Source: the human T2T-CHM13v2.0 reference genome, Homo sapiens. Taken from it: a DNA stretch of 64,000 nucleotides. Position 1 is the first letter of the stretch, and every line of letters begins with the position of its first letter. Positions 36,737 through 50,589 of this stretch are shown in pieces. The notes beneath the pieces are model-generated. The model was not told the DNA's origin and did not search any database. It was given only the letters and a program-made list of their open reading frames with translations. A program made the position numbers and the translations under genes. Location of the stretch: assembly GCF_009914755.1 (NCBI RefSeq), contig NC_060932.1; one strand, given 5' to 3'.

Positions 36737-38834
36737 TAACCTTGCAGGATATGACAGCTGAGCAGCATCTTTACTTATTAAAAGTATTTATTTCCAGAAA
36801 GAGAAAATTAAAACTAAGCACTACTTGGCCCAAACCAAACCCCTCTAGAGATCCAGAACACACAGGGGGCGCTCTTTGGGAGGGGTGCTGAGTGTTAGCT
36901 GAACCCCGGGGCCCTAGCCTTTGGCTCCCTTCCTCCCTTTTGCAATCCCCCAAGTGTGCCGATGTGTGTGGGATGTCAGACAACACCTGGTCTCCCTGGC
37001 TGGGGACTGCTTGGACTTGTACCGGGAGGGACTTCAGGTTTTCAGCTAGGTTGATCATCCTGGAAGCTGAGGAACTTGAGGTCTCACAATGAAGCTGAGG
37101 AGAAGGTCAGGGGTGGGAGCGCGTTTTCTACTTGGTGCCGCTCAAGGCCATCTGACAGCCTGAGAGGAGTTTGGACACATTTCACCTCCCCTGCTTCCAG
37201 CGGCCGGGGTGGGTTGCTTCTCTAGCTCACTGGTCCGAGAGTTCTCTCCTCCACTGGGGAAAGATGCACGGGGACACTGCCAGAATTCTAGCCTCTCAGA
37301 TAATGGCTAAGGGACTAAAGGGACACACTGGAGCCTCATTCCGAGGAAAAGAGCCAGACAGAAAAGATCTGAACATCTTTGAATGCTTGATGCCTTTGCC
37401 AAAAAGGCAATTGGACCCCAGTCAACAATGCAAGTATAAACACATGTGCACGGACCATCAGGGGATCAGGGCAAGCTGGGCCAGGCTGGCGAGGTTAGCT
37501 CAGGGAGAACCAAGCCCCAGACGACTACCCGTGGCCACCCCCTGCATTCATTCTCCAAGGCCCACGGTGGGAGGAAAGGGTTTTGCTGTTCCCTGCTCTT
37601 TTGGCAGTGCACAGGTCAGGCCCTGGCACAGAGTGGGAACTCAGTATGAAGTGAATGAACAGGCTGAGTTCCCACCCAAACTTATGCTCATGGTGAAGTG
37701 AAAAAGGAAACTGGCAGGCAGGGCTGGGGCACTGATCCCAGGGCTGAGGTGCATCTGATCGGAGTCTGAGAAGCCCAGAATCCTCAGCATTCTGGGAAGC
37801 CCCTCCTTCAAGGGATGCTCTGCGTGGAAAGTGGGCTCCCTGTAGGTATGTTCTAGCAGGATTAAGCAGGATTAACGAGGCTAAGGGCCCCGCCACCTGG
37901 CAGATGAAAATCCTTCTCCAGTGGAGAGGCTGCATGTGGCCAGACTCTCTTTGCCCTAACTTTGCAGAGCACCCACCTGGCTAGGAACCTTGGAGCGCAT
38001 GTTCCTTGTGTGCAAGACTCACAGTAACCCTTGTTTCAGGGGGACACGAAGAGCAAAGCTTCGAAGAGCTCTTCCATCCTCCCAGGTTATGGAGGAAGGT
38101 GTGGCGGCTTCTTCCTACGCTACGATGCTCCCGCCACTTTATGGGACCTGGGGAGTGGGAGGGGACTGGGTGGAAGGTTAGGATCGGGATCGGGGGAGCT
38201 TTTGTTCCTCCATCTCAGTTCTAATGGTCAGCCCCAGCAGGAACAAGCCATTCTAGCCAAAGCCTTGACAATAATGGAATTTGTGTTAATAACCTGGGCA
38301 CAGGAGAGCAGTGAGGGTAGGGACACAATGCTTTCTTTGTGCCTGACAGTTGGGTGCCTTGAGCCAAAAACCTCCTGAAACTCCCTGAAGATAACGTGAG
38401 CATTTCTTCCCATGACAGGGGCTCCATGACTTCCAATAACCCAGGCAGCCACAGCTGCTCCCCTCCCTGAAAGTGCCTGGGCAAGAACAACAGAGTGCGT
38501 CACTGCTGTTCAAGGGCAGCTGCCAGAGATGCTGAGACAACTGCACAGCCCAGGCCTGTTTTGGGGGCCGGGAGGGGGTGGTGGGTGGGGAATGAGACTG
38601 AAGAGGCAGGGTCTTACTACTTCTACTTCAGTGCCTCTGGGGAGTGGAGGGGTATAGGCCAGGGAAGCAAATAACTACTCCGAGCTGTAGCTCAGCTGTG
38701 ATTCCTTGTGAGAGATCAAAGGCCCAGCCGACTTTTGTTGCGTTGGGAAATCTAGCTGCCTGGGACAGGCTGAGTCCCTGATGGTTCATAAAGAAGGTCA
38801 AATCAACCAGCTTCCTGTGATGTAGTTAACTGGG

Positions 38835-39060
38835 GACTTATTTTGTGCCAGACACTGTGTTAGGTGCCTTCAGTGTATTATCTTGTGTGAGCCTCAAAGT
38901 AACATCTGTGACACAGGTACTGTCATCATCCTCATTTTATAAACGAGAAAATGAAGGCTCCAGAGGTTAAGGAACTTGCCCAAGGTCAGAGACAGCATGT
39001 GGCAGGGCCAGGATGGGGACCCAGGCTGCCAGCCTCCCAAACCTAGTTTCTTAACCCCTA
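38835..39060 (-). mobile_element. MIR SINE
   Basis: cctcattttataaacgagaaaatgaaggctccagaggttaaggaacttgcccaaggtca. Confidence 0.75.
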
Positions 39061-39571
39061 CCTGACCCCCAGTCTATCAGAGAGCAGATGCCATAATCAG
39101 AGGACCACAATTCCATCTCCAGCGAGACAGATGCGAGGAAGGGAAGAGGGATGCCCTGTGTGCATCTGCCCGCACTGCGAGTCCTTGCCACTCCTTAGAT
39201 CAACGGAGCCAGAGATCTTGCCACCAACACACTGGCAAAGCAGCTGGTTTGTCTACACTTTCTGTGGAGAACAAAGTTCATTTTGATAAAGGTTGGGGTG
39301 CTGGGAGGGTTTTTGTTTGTAGTGAGCATTCAGAATAAAAGAACCCTCTTGAAACCACTTCCCTTTCAGATCTGTCATGGATTAAACTCTGGAGACTCAA
39401 AGCCACACCTTCCCACTTCCTGCAGCCGGCTAGAGACCAACATATGCACACCCAGATTCTTTGGACTTCAGCTGAGAGCCTCCACAGATGGTCAGCCTCT
39501 GCATGAGAGGTCAGCGCTGAGTTGGTCAGCACCCTGCCTCTGCATGAAGCAGAGAGGCCCCACCCCCCAAC

Positions 39572-39838
39572 TTTTTTTTTTTAACAGACAGGGTCTCAGT
39601 CTATCACCTAGGGTGGAGTGCAGTGGTGCAATCAGAGCTCACTGTGGCCTCGAACTCGTGCGCTCAAGCAGTCCTCCTGCTTTAGCCTCCCAAGTAGCTG
39701 GGACTACAGGCGTGCATATTTTTTGGTAGAGTCGGGGTCTCTCTTTGTTGCCCAGGCTGGTCTCAAACTTCTTGCTTGAAATGATGCCCCCACGTTGGCC
39801 TTCCAAAGTGTTGGATTACAGGCGTAAGCCACTGGACC
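39572..39838 (-). mobile_element. AluJ with an internal deletion
   Basis: Diverged antisense Alu. Confidence 0.85.
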
Positions 39839-40989
39839 CTGTGAGGGTGCTTTTAACTTGGGCCTGTTTCCTCTCAAGTGACCTTACTCTGGATTTGCTA
39901 GAGATGGAGCCATTGGTCAGATGTGTGCCAAACTTCTCACCACACTGAAGCAATCTCTTTCCTGTACTTTTGAGAGCTCTGCCAAGGAGGGGAGAAGCTA
40001 GTAAGACAAGGAGAACCGTCAGGGGCTGGGATGACAGACGAGGGCCTCTGCCGCCAGCACAGCACCGGACTTCCTGTAGCTGTCACATCAGAGAGGCTCT
40101 ACAGTTGTGGTCTCCCATGTTAAAACCAAGAGACCCACTCAGATTTGTGGGTCAGGAGGTTGAAAAGGCTATTTTGCACCGGGATTCCAAAACACTGGGA
40201 GGGCTTCACTGCCCAGGGAAGCATGAGGCAATGGAAAGAGTATCAGCCAGGGGCTCACGCCTGAGTTCTAACTCCAGCTTTGCCAGTGTGGGGTTTTTAT
40301 AACTTGAGAAAGTCATTGCAACTTTCCACGGGCCTCATTTTCTTCATCAGGAAAAATCAGGAGGTTGGACTAGATGGTCTCTATGAGCTTCCAGCTCTAA
40401 CTTCCTAAGAATCTATGATTCTCTTCCTTTCCCATTCTGGAGATAAAAACTTTCTAGGGATAAAAACTGTGGGCTTAAAGGGGGGTGGGATTCAATCTTC
40501 CTTTCCTGCTGAGTGACTCTGGGTCATGGCCAAGAATGCATTTGGAAGTTGAAACAAACAGGCCGAGGCCACTGGGAAAAGCTTCCTGGAGTTTTCTGCA
40601 GCTGAGGTAACAGAAATAAATGCCTGGGCAGTGTCTTTGGTGGGGGCCACTCTTTCAGGAACACTCTTAGGAAAAGTATAGACCACAAGCCAGTCCCTAG
40701 AGGTGGACCGTTCTAAAGCAATATCTTCCTCTACATTTTTGTAATCCACCCATTCCCCCTGCCCAAGGATGATAAAGAGCCCAGGCTAACCTTTCCTAGG
40801 GGAAGTGTCCCAGGACAGGAGGCCCCTCTAAGCCTCAGTCTATGTGAGGTTCTAGATCCGCATAAGCAGGAAGAAGGCCCAGGTTGCTGTCTTCCCAGCC
40901 CCAAGATGTGTTGATTCAAAGCTTTGATTCTATGCAAAGGCCATGTGATACAGAACTGAATCTCACAGCAAAACAATCGAGTTACTCAC

Positions 40990-41038
40990 TGTTTTGGGCA
41001 CAATCTGTTTCTTGGGCTGCCCAATCTTAAAAGGAATC
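40990..41038 (-). CDS. BIN3: BIN3 exon 2 (IPFKIGQPKKQIVPKT)
   Basis: cttatag| acceptor, ACA|GTGAGT donor. Confidence 0.96.
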
Positions 41039-41316
41039 CTATAAGAGAAAGAGACAAAGAGAGATATTGTGAGAAGTGGGGAAGGATGCAGCTCAAAGTA
41101 TCAGTACAGTACAGGCCACTTTCCCCCAGGAGGGCGAGGAAGCGTGGCCATGGCTTGCTACTTGGACCATGTGCCCTGGTGGGCATACAACCATTGGCAT
41201 CTGGGCTTGGTTCTAAGAGAGAGATAGGTCCTCCCACCTACAGTGTCAGATGCAGGTTGCTCTGCCCCAGAACATCTTTGCTACTGATAGTCTGTCATTT
41301 AAAGAAAATGAAAAGG

Positions 41317-41910
<594 letters not shown>

Positions 41911-43097
41911 TCAGAAATTACAGACTCACTGTAATAGCTATCATCCTTGAAATCACGAATCATTATGGTCTATATTAGGTGCTTTGCTACTTCTCTATAG
42001 AGGGGCAAACTTTGGATCTGCAAATCTTCTTTGGAGGCTGGGGAGAGTTAATAAATAACAGAGGCATTAGTGATTGGCCGGGCTGGATTATTTCCCTGGG
42101 AAAACTCACAAAATCAAAAAGCTGCTAACTTGGAAAATAATCTGAAATCCAGCCCAAGTCTGCCTTGGACTTGCTATGAAGAGCTGCACCTCAGATTCCC
42201 TACTTTACAGCATGGCACAGCGGAAGGAGGATCATGGGTCTAGGAGTCTCAACCTGAGCATTAGCCTGGCCTCCGCTTCCACTGAGCAGGCTGCCCTTCG
42301 GCAGGTGACGGCTGCACTGGGACTCCATTTCCTGCTGCATAAAACGAGTAGATTAAACTAGGTAATTTAGGAGCTTCCTTGAGGCACTGAGCATTCTATG
42401 ATTCTCCAACTCCAGGAAGAAAAGAGGCCAGGCTAGAAAGTGCATCCCAATGGCTATGGAAAGGGTAGACTCCCGATCCCAGGTAGGAAGTGAGTCAAGA
42501 ATCCCTGCGATCAGCTCCGGCAGAGGGCTCTCAGCCAGCCATGCTCATCCCTCTCCTTTTGGCTCTTCCATTCAAACCTCCCGTTTCCACAATGCACCAG
42601 ACCCGCTCCACCAGGCCCACATCCCACCCTTCCCTCCACACCCCCTTCTCCCTGAGCCTGCTTTCCTTTGGCCCAAACTGACCAACACACTGTTGCTAAA
42701 CCCAAGGGTGTAATTAACCACCGATAATGACCCCAAACAGTGATCCAGTGGAGGGGATGGGCCAGCCTGAGTCACAGTGGTTTAAATTTAATTTCTGGAG
42801 GACATCCTGTTTATTGTTAACCCAGCCCCATAATTTGGGAGTGTTAACCCTTTGGGGGCTGGCTGATTCGCATCTTCTGTAAACAAATAAATTCTGACTA
42901 CATAATAACCAGGGAGGAAAGGTAAGGTCTGGAAATGAAAAGGAAAGAAAAAATGAAATTGTTGCTTCCTTTCTCAGACCTAAACAGAAAAGGTTCACGG
43001 GGAGATGGGTTCCTTCCCCACACCCTGGTTACTTTTCCCATTCTCAGGGATTACAGCTGACAGACAGGATGGTTTTTGGACAGTGAGCAATTGCCCT

Positions 43098-43180
43098 CAA
43101 GGACCATTCTGGAGACAGTGCAAATGAGGTCCTGGTGGCAAGGACCACTCTGGAGACATTGCAAATGAGGTCCCAGTGGC
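43098..43180. repeat. 41-bp tandem duplication
   Basis: caaggaccaYtctggagacaKtgcaaatgaggtccYRgtgg x2. Confidence 0.9.
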
Positions 43181-44079
43181 ATTGCAGACAGACAGCCTGT
43201 ATTCTGTGGGAAGCATGCTGCAGCTGAAAGCGCTCTCGACCCGGTATCAGAAAACGTGGCCTCTGCCTCCGACTCATTTTGTGATTTGAACAAATCTCAA
43301 TCTCTCTGGAGCCCAGTTTCTTAAACTATAAAACAAAGGAGTTGGAATCCCTTCAGCTTATCTAAAACTGGAATTCTAAACTGAATCTCCACTCCAAGAA
43401 TATGGGGAGTAGGATGAGAATTCTAAAGAAGTCTCAGAGTGGTCTTCAAAACGATTCTTGGAGTTTAGTACTGTAGACAAGGGACCAAGAATCAGAAACG
43501 TAGATTCCATTATTTGTGGTGTGACAGCCTCCCTCTAAACCTTAATTTAGTATCACGGTATTTTTAGAACTGTAAGTTACCATAGAAATTTTTTCCCCAG
43601 TTCAACCCTCTCCTTTTGTAGATGAGGAAGCAGATCCAGAAAGGTTCAGTGACAAGCCCAGGGTCACTCTGCTGGCTCACAAGAGAACAAGGAAGAAGCA
43701 ACCAGCACCCCTGGTGTCCAGCCCAGTTTTCTCTCTGCTACCCACAGTTCAATACTCTTTTCACATGAATTTGTTATAAGTATGTGATGAAAACACCTAG
43801 TCTCAAAGTCCTACAGAATTCCAAGGGGCTCATTGTTCTTAAGGGTCTGGAAGTGAATGGGAGGACGTTCGTGCTGAACTGGGTGCTCTGGCACAATAAG
43901 AGGTTATGTACACCACGCAGACGGAACAGCTCTTTCCTTGTATTTTCACCACAGTTACTGATGATCACAGAGACCTATCATACTGTTCTGATTATTTTTC
44001 AACTCACCTGCTCAAAAGCCCTATTAGAACACTTTAAAAAAATCCTTCACATTTAAAAAGTTTTAAAGAAAAACTGTGA

Positions 44080-44390
44080 GGCCGGGCGTGGTGGCTCACA
44101 CCTGTAATCCCAGCACTTTGGGAGGCCGAGGCGGGTGAATCACGAGGTCGGGAGATCGAGACCATCCTGGCTAACACGGTGAAACGCCGTCTCTACTATA
44201 AAAAATACAAAAAAAAAAAATTAGCTGGGCATGGTGGCGGGCACCTGTAGTCCCAGCTACTCAGGAGGCTGAGGCAGGAGAATGGCATGAGCCTGGGAGG
44301 CAGAGCTTGCAGTGAGCCGAGATTGCGCCACTACACTCCAGCCTGCGCGACAGAGTGAGACTCCGTCTCTCAAAAAAAAAAAAAAAAAAA
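44080..44390 (+). mobile_element. AluY
   Basis: gagatcgagaccatcctggctaacacggtg; TSD aaagaaaaa(c/t)tgtga. Confidence 0.93.
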
Positions 44391-44409
44391 GGAAAAGAAA
44401 AATTGTGAA

Positions 44410-45154
44410 GGAAGTACATAATTCCTATGTTGCCCACCCTCAGTTTCCCCTTTTATTAACATCTGATATTGGTGTGGTACATTGGTCACAAACAATGAAC
44501 CAACAGTGAGAGTCAAGACTATCCTTTCTTCAGACCTCCTCAGTTTTCCCCATGTCCTTTCTCAGTTCCAGCATCCCACCCAGGTCCCCACGTCACCTTC
44601 AGTCACTATGTGCCCCGAGGCTCCGCTTGGCTGTGACAGTTCCTAAATCTCTCCCTGCTTTTGATGACCATGCCAGTTTTAAGAAGTGCTGGTCAGGCAT
44701 TTTACAGAATGCCAACTTGGACTTGTCTGATGCTTTTCTCCTGACTAGACTGGAGTTATGGCTTTTGGGGTAGAAGATCACAGAGCAGAAGAGCCATCCT
44801 CACCACATCATACCCAGGGTCCATGATGTCAACATGCCTTACCCTGCTGATGTGAACCTTGATCACCAGGCTGAGGTCATCTTTCTCAGCTTCCTACTGT
44901 GAAGTTACTCTCCCTTCTCCCTTTCCCTACTGCACTCCTTGGGAGGAAGCCATCATGCAGAATCCTATTTCTTATTTATTCAACCATTCAATATCAGTAT
45001 GGACTCACAGATATTTATCTTATATTTTGGGTTATAATCTAATACATTATTTTGATGCTCAAACTGTTCCAGCTTTCACCACTGGCAGCTCTTTCAGTTG
45101 GCTTCTGTGTCCCTTTGACATATCCACATCAACGTATGTATGTATGTATGTATG

Positions 45155-45185
<31 letters not shown>

Positions 45186-45270
45186 GTGTGTGTGTGTATT
45201 TCCTTACTTTCCAGCTCTACGACATGTACCAAGTGCATCTTGTACATTTCCTGCCTCAGCCCTAGAATCA
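44410..45270 (-). mobile_element. Old L1 (L1MC-like) 3' fragment containing a (TATG)n repeat
   Basis: Diverged L1M 3'UTR-like text (ctgatgtgaaccttgatcacc, tttgatgctcaaactgttcca). Confidence 0.65.
45134..45183. repeat. (TATG)~12 tetranucleotide STR
   Basis: Direct reading of the sequence. Confidence 0.95.
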
Positions 45271-46054
45271 GTGGAGGAACTTACATTAGTATTCAATGTG
45301 CTTCTGTAATATGTTCTCAACCTTACTTTTCCTATTCACTCAGTACAACTGCCATGATTCAGCCAAGTGGCTGTTCATTAATCCCCCAAATCTAGACTCC
45401 TTATAATTTCCTGTCCCAAACTGGGACATTTTGGAGTACACGTCATCAGGACAACTTGGACTGCCCAGGGCAACCAGGACAAATGGCTACCCCACCTATA
45501 TGGAATGCTTTCTCTGCTCCCAGGAAAACTTCTCACCTTCTTCTAAACGTCAAAGACTTATTTGGCATTTAAAAAATTCTACCCTTTACAGTTAATTACA
45601 GTTTATCTCCTTAAAAAGTAAAGTATTCACACGAGAAACAGTAACTTTAAAACAACTATTACAGAAAAACGTGCTCATTGCAGAACACTTGAGAAATAAA
45701 AGGGGATGGGGTGGGTGGGGGTATAAGGGAGGAAAAGGAGAGGGAAAAACCCAGCCACGATTCCGCATCTAAAAGATGGCCAAGGTTAATGTTTCAGTGT
45801 TGCTATTTATATTTTTTAAATTTACAGTAAGAAAAACTGAAGCAAATATGCCAAATGTTGGTAGTGGCTAATTCTGGGTGGTGAGAATATGATTACTGTT
45901 TTCTTCTTTGCACTTTCCACATTTTTCTTTCAAATAAACCAAAAACAAAAACAAAAACAAACAAACAAAAAAACACCCTTGTTTTTTTCTTGACTACAAA
46001 AATAGCACCTGATCAGTGTTAAAAACCTGGAAGAGATAGAAAAACGCAAAGGAC

Positions 46055-46055
<1 letters not shown>

Positions 46056-46105
<50 letters not shown>

Positions 46106-46111
46106 ACACAC
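46056..46111. repeat. (CA)~27 microsatellite with one interruption
   Basis: Direct reading of the sequence. Confidence 0.97.
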
Positions 46112-46199
46112 CCAAAGGAAAAAATTAACAGTAATATCCTGAATCACAGTGTGTACATGTGTGTGTGCATGTGCATATGTAAATTTTATATAATTTTTA

Positions 46200-48870
46200 A
46201 ATTAATAAGTAAAAGAAATATCATGAATGGTTTTATATGAGAATATATCATTTTCACTCTCCTGATTTTTAAGAGCTACGGAAGTAAAATGAGTGGTTCA
46301 GGTATATAATGGAAATGTACCACTCGTTTTATTTCTGTAACCTCATCACTTACTGCTGGTCATTGCAACCGTTTCAAATTTTTCTTCTATTATGAACAAA
46401 AACTCCAATAGGTAAATCTTGGTGTGCACTAAGAGTCATACAGGATCAATTCTGTATACTGTGTTCAAGGCTTTGACACATTTTGACAAACTGCCCTAGA
46501 GACAGATTGAAACATTTAACATTTTTGAAAAGATTGAAACAGTTTACATTTTACTAACCACACTTTGGTTTGTATATCAGGATTTTTTTCTTGGATTAGT
46601 GTTTGCCTTTCACTTTTGTACATGCTTGTGTTTAATGTACAGAAGCTTTTGATTAGTGTGAAATCAAATCTACTAAATCCGCCTTTTGTGAGTTCTTCTT
46701 TTGGTATCAAACTGAGGATGACCTGCTTCCTCCACTCCATCAACTTGCAACTATTTACCTATATTTACTTTATTACTTTTATGGCTTCCTTTTGTTAATC
46801 TAAATTCTATCATTAGTATCAAAGTTATAGTGTGCACAGTCTAATAAGGCAACAAGATTTCTTAAGTAAAACGTTAGTTCCCAGGACTCCCTAATCTCAT
46901 TTGCCAGAAACAACCACTTTCAACTCAACTGAGTTTCTAGTATTTACCTTTGCACATCTAAAGATAAATGCTTATACTGCTACCTCTAGATCGTTAGGTT
47001 TTTAGGCACTAAAAATCTACTTTAGCTATTGACTTTTTACTTCGGAAGATGAAGATTTAAAATTAAACAAACAAAATATTTTTGGGTACCCATCGCTATT
47101 TCATGAAGCCACACTTGCAGCTCTTCTTCTCAATATAGTTACAGTATAATAACTTGGTTAGCTCAATATTAAGTAAACTATTAGGAGGATATTGTGAGTT
47201 TTCTTCCATCCTGCCCTTGGGAGCCAGCAGATTGTTCAGCCTCAGTCAAAGCTTTAGGGCATAGCAGTTGTAGCCGATGTACTGAGTCACAAACTCGTAA
47301 GAGTTTCCAAGTCAAAGCTCCAGCTATGCCACTCCCAAATTCCTGACCAACAGAAACTATTTGTTTCCAGCCACTAAGTTGTGGGATAATGTGTCACGCA
47401 GCAGTAATACATAAATAACATGCATACTTTTTTTTTAACTTTCCCTAAAATTGGTAATTGTCACTTTTCTTTCATTTGCTTGTCTACGTACTTATCCCCA
47501 ATTCAATCTGTGGTCTAACTCTGGTTTCAACACATTCATCGTTATCAGGTGTTCTCTCCTTTGCATCTTCCGGACAGTCTGCCCTGCAACTGCTGCCTCG
47601 CTCCAACCTGGACTGGCTGCCTGCTCCCCAGCCGTGAGGCTCTCAGCACCAGCTGTCCCTTCACCAATCTTTCTGGGATTCCTTTGACTTCTCTTTCATG
47701 ATTTTTCCCTGATCCTCCTCTTTCTTCATTTACCCCTTATTTTGGTGGGAACAAAGTATGTGGGAGGTCACTTTTGAGACTGCACATCCTAAAACCTTGT
47801 TCTTCTACCTGCAGGCTAATTTGGGCATAGAATTAAAGGCTGGACATAATTTCTGCCAGAATTTCAAAGGCATTGCTCCCCTGTCTTCTAACTTCCCAGT
47901 ACTGCTGCTGTGGGAAAGTCTGAAGCCACTCTGATTCCCATCCTTTGTATATAACCTGTTTTTTATTTTCTTACACAATCTTATAGGAATATATGTTTGT
48001 CACGGTGTTGTATAATTTTACAACAATGTGGGTCTATTTTCATCCACTGTGGTGGGTACTCACAGGACTGTTTCAATTTGGCAATTTATAATCTTCGGTT
48101 CTGAGATTTTAAAAATTTTGTTGTTGATTTCTTGTTTTCTGTTTCTTACTTCTGAAACTTACAATTTCGATGCTGACCCTCCTTGGCTGGTCCTCTAATT
48201 TCTGTTTCTCAATTTCATCTTCTAACGCTTCTACCAAGTTTTTTTTTTTTTTTCATTTCTGCTATCAGATTTTTAATTTCTAAGAGCTCTTTTAAATTTT
48301 CAGGATGTCCTTTTAAAATGGTATCTTATTTTTATTTCATGGATGCCTTATCTCTCTGAGGATCTTAACAACAGCTTTAATTAAAAAGTTTCTTCTTCCC
48401 TTTATAGTTTCAGTTTTCCTCCAAGTTGCTTTTTTTCTTTTTGTTTAGTCTTTATTTTCCATACTAAGTGCTTTCCTTGGATGTGTGGTAATTCTTGGTT
48501 GCCTACTCTCATCTATGACTGGGAGACAAAAAGAGCTGACAAGAAGCTCTGAGCACACGAACCATGTTTATCTACTGGGTAGGACAATCTGCAAACTGGC
48601 TGAACAGTTTTGTGGGGAACTCCCTGATGTCACTATCTTTCTACTCTTTTCTCTTGGGCAGGTAAAATTCCTTAGAGAAGATTCTTCCAACCTTCTGCCA
48701 TTCTGGGAACTCGGCAATGGAAGAGCCTGCGTGTGCATGTATGTGTACACATGTGTGCATGTGCGCATGTGTGGTGGGGAGGGGAAGGGGTGTGCCTTGG
48801 CACTCTGAGGGTGTGCGTTCACTTCATCCTCCCGACTTCACTAGGGCAGTCCCACCCTCAGCTGTGCTGG
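46200..48870 (-). mobile_element. Degenerate old L1 fragments
   Basis: AT-rich, with L1M-like antisense phrases (aaatcaaatcta, gaaagtctgaagccactctgattcc). Confidence 0.5.
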
Positions 48871-48879
48871 CTGCCCTCT

Positions 48880-50112
48880 CAGAGGCGGGTTTGAAGTTTA
48901 TACAATTTTGTATGCCCCATTTCAAGAAAATTACAAATATACAAATAGGCATGAAAGTGAATATTTAGGCAGAGAAAAGAGCAAAACAAATGCGAAGTTT
49001 TAAAAGCTAATAAATGACACAAACATCAGGAAATAATCTAGTATTTTTATGAATCATCTGCCTAACACACCTCTATCTTTGTCTCCCTACATTTTTGGGC
49101 TGCTTAGTGTTTGGTTGCCTCTTCATGTGATGCAGAGTTGGTAGCATCATTTTCTTAGAGTAAAAAAGGTAATTCCCTCTTTCCTCTGGTATGGTTGTTC
49201 GAAATTTTTCTACTACTGATGGTTTAGAAGAGCCTTTTTCAGCTTACTGGTAATATCCAAATTTTAGGATTGTTGTAAAATTTAGAAAAATCTCATGTTT
49301 CCTCTGCAAATAAACTAAGATGTCAGGGCACATTTCAAGGTTTCTTGTACAGTGACTAATCTTAAGTGTTCTTTGAATTAATGACAGTGACCAGTTTGTC
49401 ATTAATGTCTGTCTTTGAAGGAGGGCGTATTTTGAATTTTGTTATCTTTGTTATGTTTTTCATGTTAAATCCGCCAGAAATTTAAATGTTTTATCAGTGT
49501 GTTCCGCTGATTTGCTCCTCTTCTTCATTAACTGAGTTTTCTAACAATCATCACTCCTATTTAAAATGGATCTCGTTCTCTTAATGGATTACTCACTTTT
49601 GGTACAATTGGAAAATGTTTTGTTATGCTTTGCTATATTTCAGAATGATTTCTACATATTTAAGCACTCACCTTATCATTTTTGTGTTCCATTATTTTTA
49701 AATCCAATTTTCTCTCTAGTTTTTAAGTAAATTTAAAATTGACCACAAAAGGTAACCGTTACACATTTCCAACTCAGGAGCCTGTGATTTCTTGTTTTAC
49801 TAACATTTTCCAAAGATGTCTTTACAACGTACAGTTAAAACAGTATACTCCCAATTCACCCTTCCTTAGTTCCATCCCCCAAAAAAGCCTGGGCTACCCC
49901 AGGATTGCCTGACATGAGGGATAGTATGAAGAAGTAAAAGCAGGAATGAAGACAGAGGTTTTCCTAACTCGCTGCAATGTAAACACTTTATGTTTCAGTT
50001 TACCACAACATAGGCATGCCTAGGGTTCCTTCCAGGGTCTTGGGAAAGGTCCATTTAAGTTGGGACCCTGAGGCTGAAGCTTTGTAAGTTTCACACCTTA
50101 AATCCACCTTTG
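48880..50112. mobile_element. hAT (Tip100-like) DNA transposon remnant, ~1.23 kb
   Basis: Imperfect TIRs cagaggcgggttt / aaatccacctttg and an 8-bp TSD-like pair tgccctct / tgtcccct. Confidence 0.7.
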
Positions 50113-50589
50113 TGTCCCCTGGTACAGAATTCTTTGGAGGTGGGGGTTGGGGTGTAGGACTCTTCATTCTTCTGCTAGGGTGGGGTGGGGTGGGGACAGT
50201 CTCCCAGTGATAAGCAGTTAGGGAGATGTTAGGGCTCTAAACTATTCATAGTTTTCAACCAATCACCCTGATCTCAGCCCTTGGCTTCACCTAACTTCTA
50301 GAGGTACTTAGTACCAACTCCCAAACCTTTGAGAATTCTGGGATGTAAGGTGGGATGGCTCTTGGTTTTCTCAAACGCCAGTTTGGGACTTGACTTTCTT
50401 GGAACTAAGTCAGTTACCTCATGTAACTGCACCCTAATTCCCAAATTTTGTTGTTGATGTCTCTTCTATTCTCCCTGAACTATGGATTTATGCCTTAAAA
50501 AACTGCTTTACTGTGCTTTTTGTAGGATTTGTGAGGGAGATAAATTAGATGTATGTATTCAATCTGTCATCTTTACTCAGAATCTGGTT

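Noticed and set aside
36896-37048. Possible long hairpin (tagctgaa...ttcagcta, ccaagtgt...acacctgg)
   Set aside because: The stems are short and heavily interrupted; not distinguishable from chance without folding statistics.
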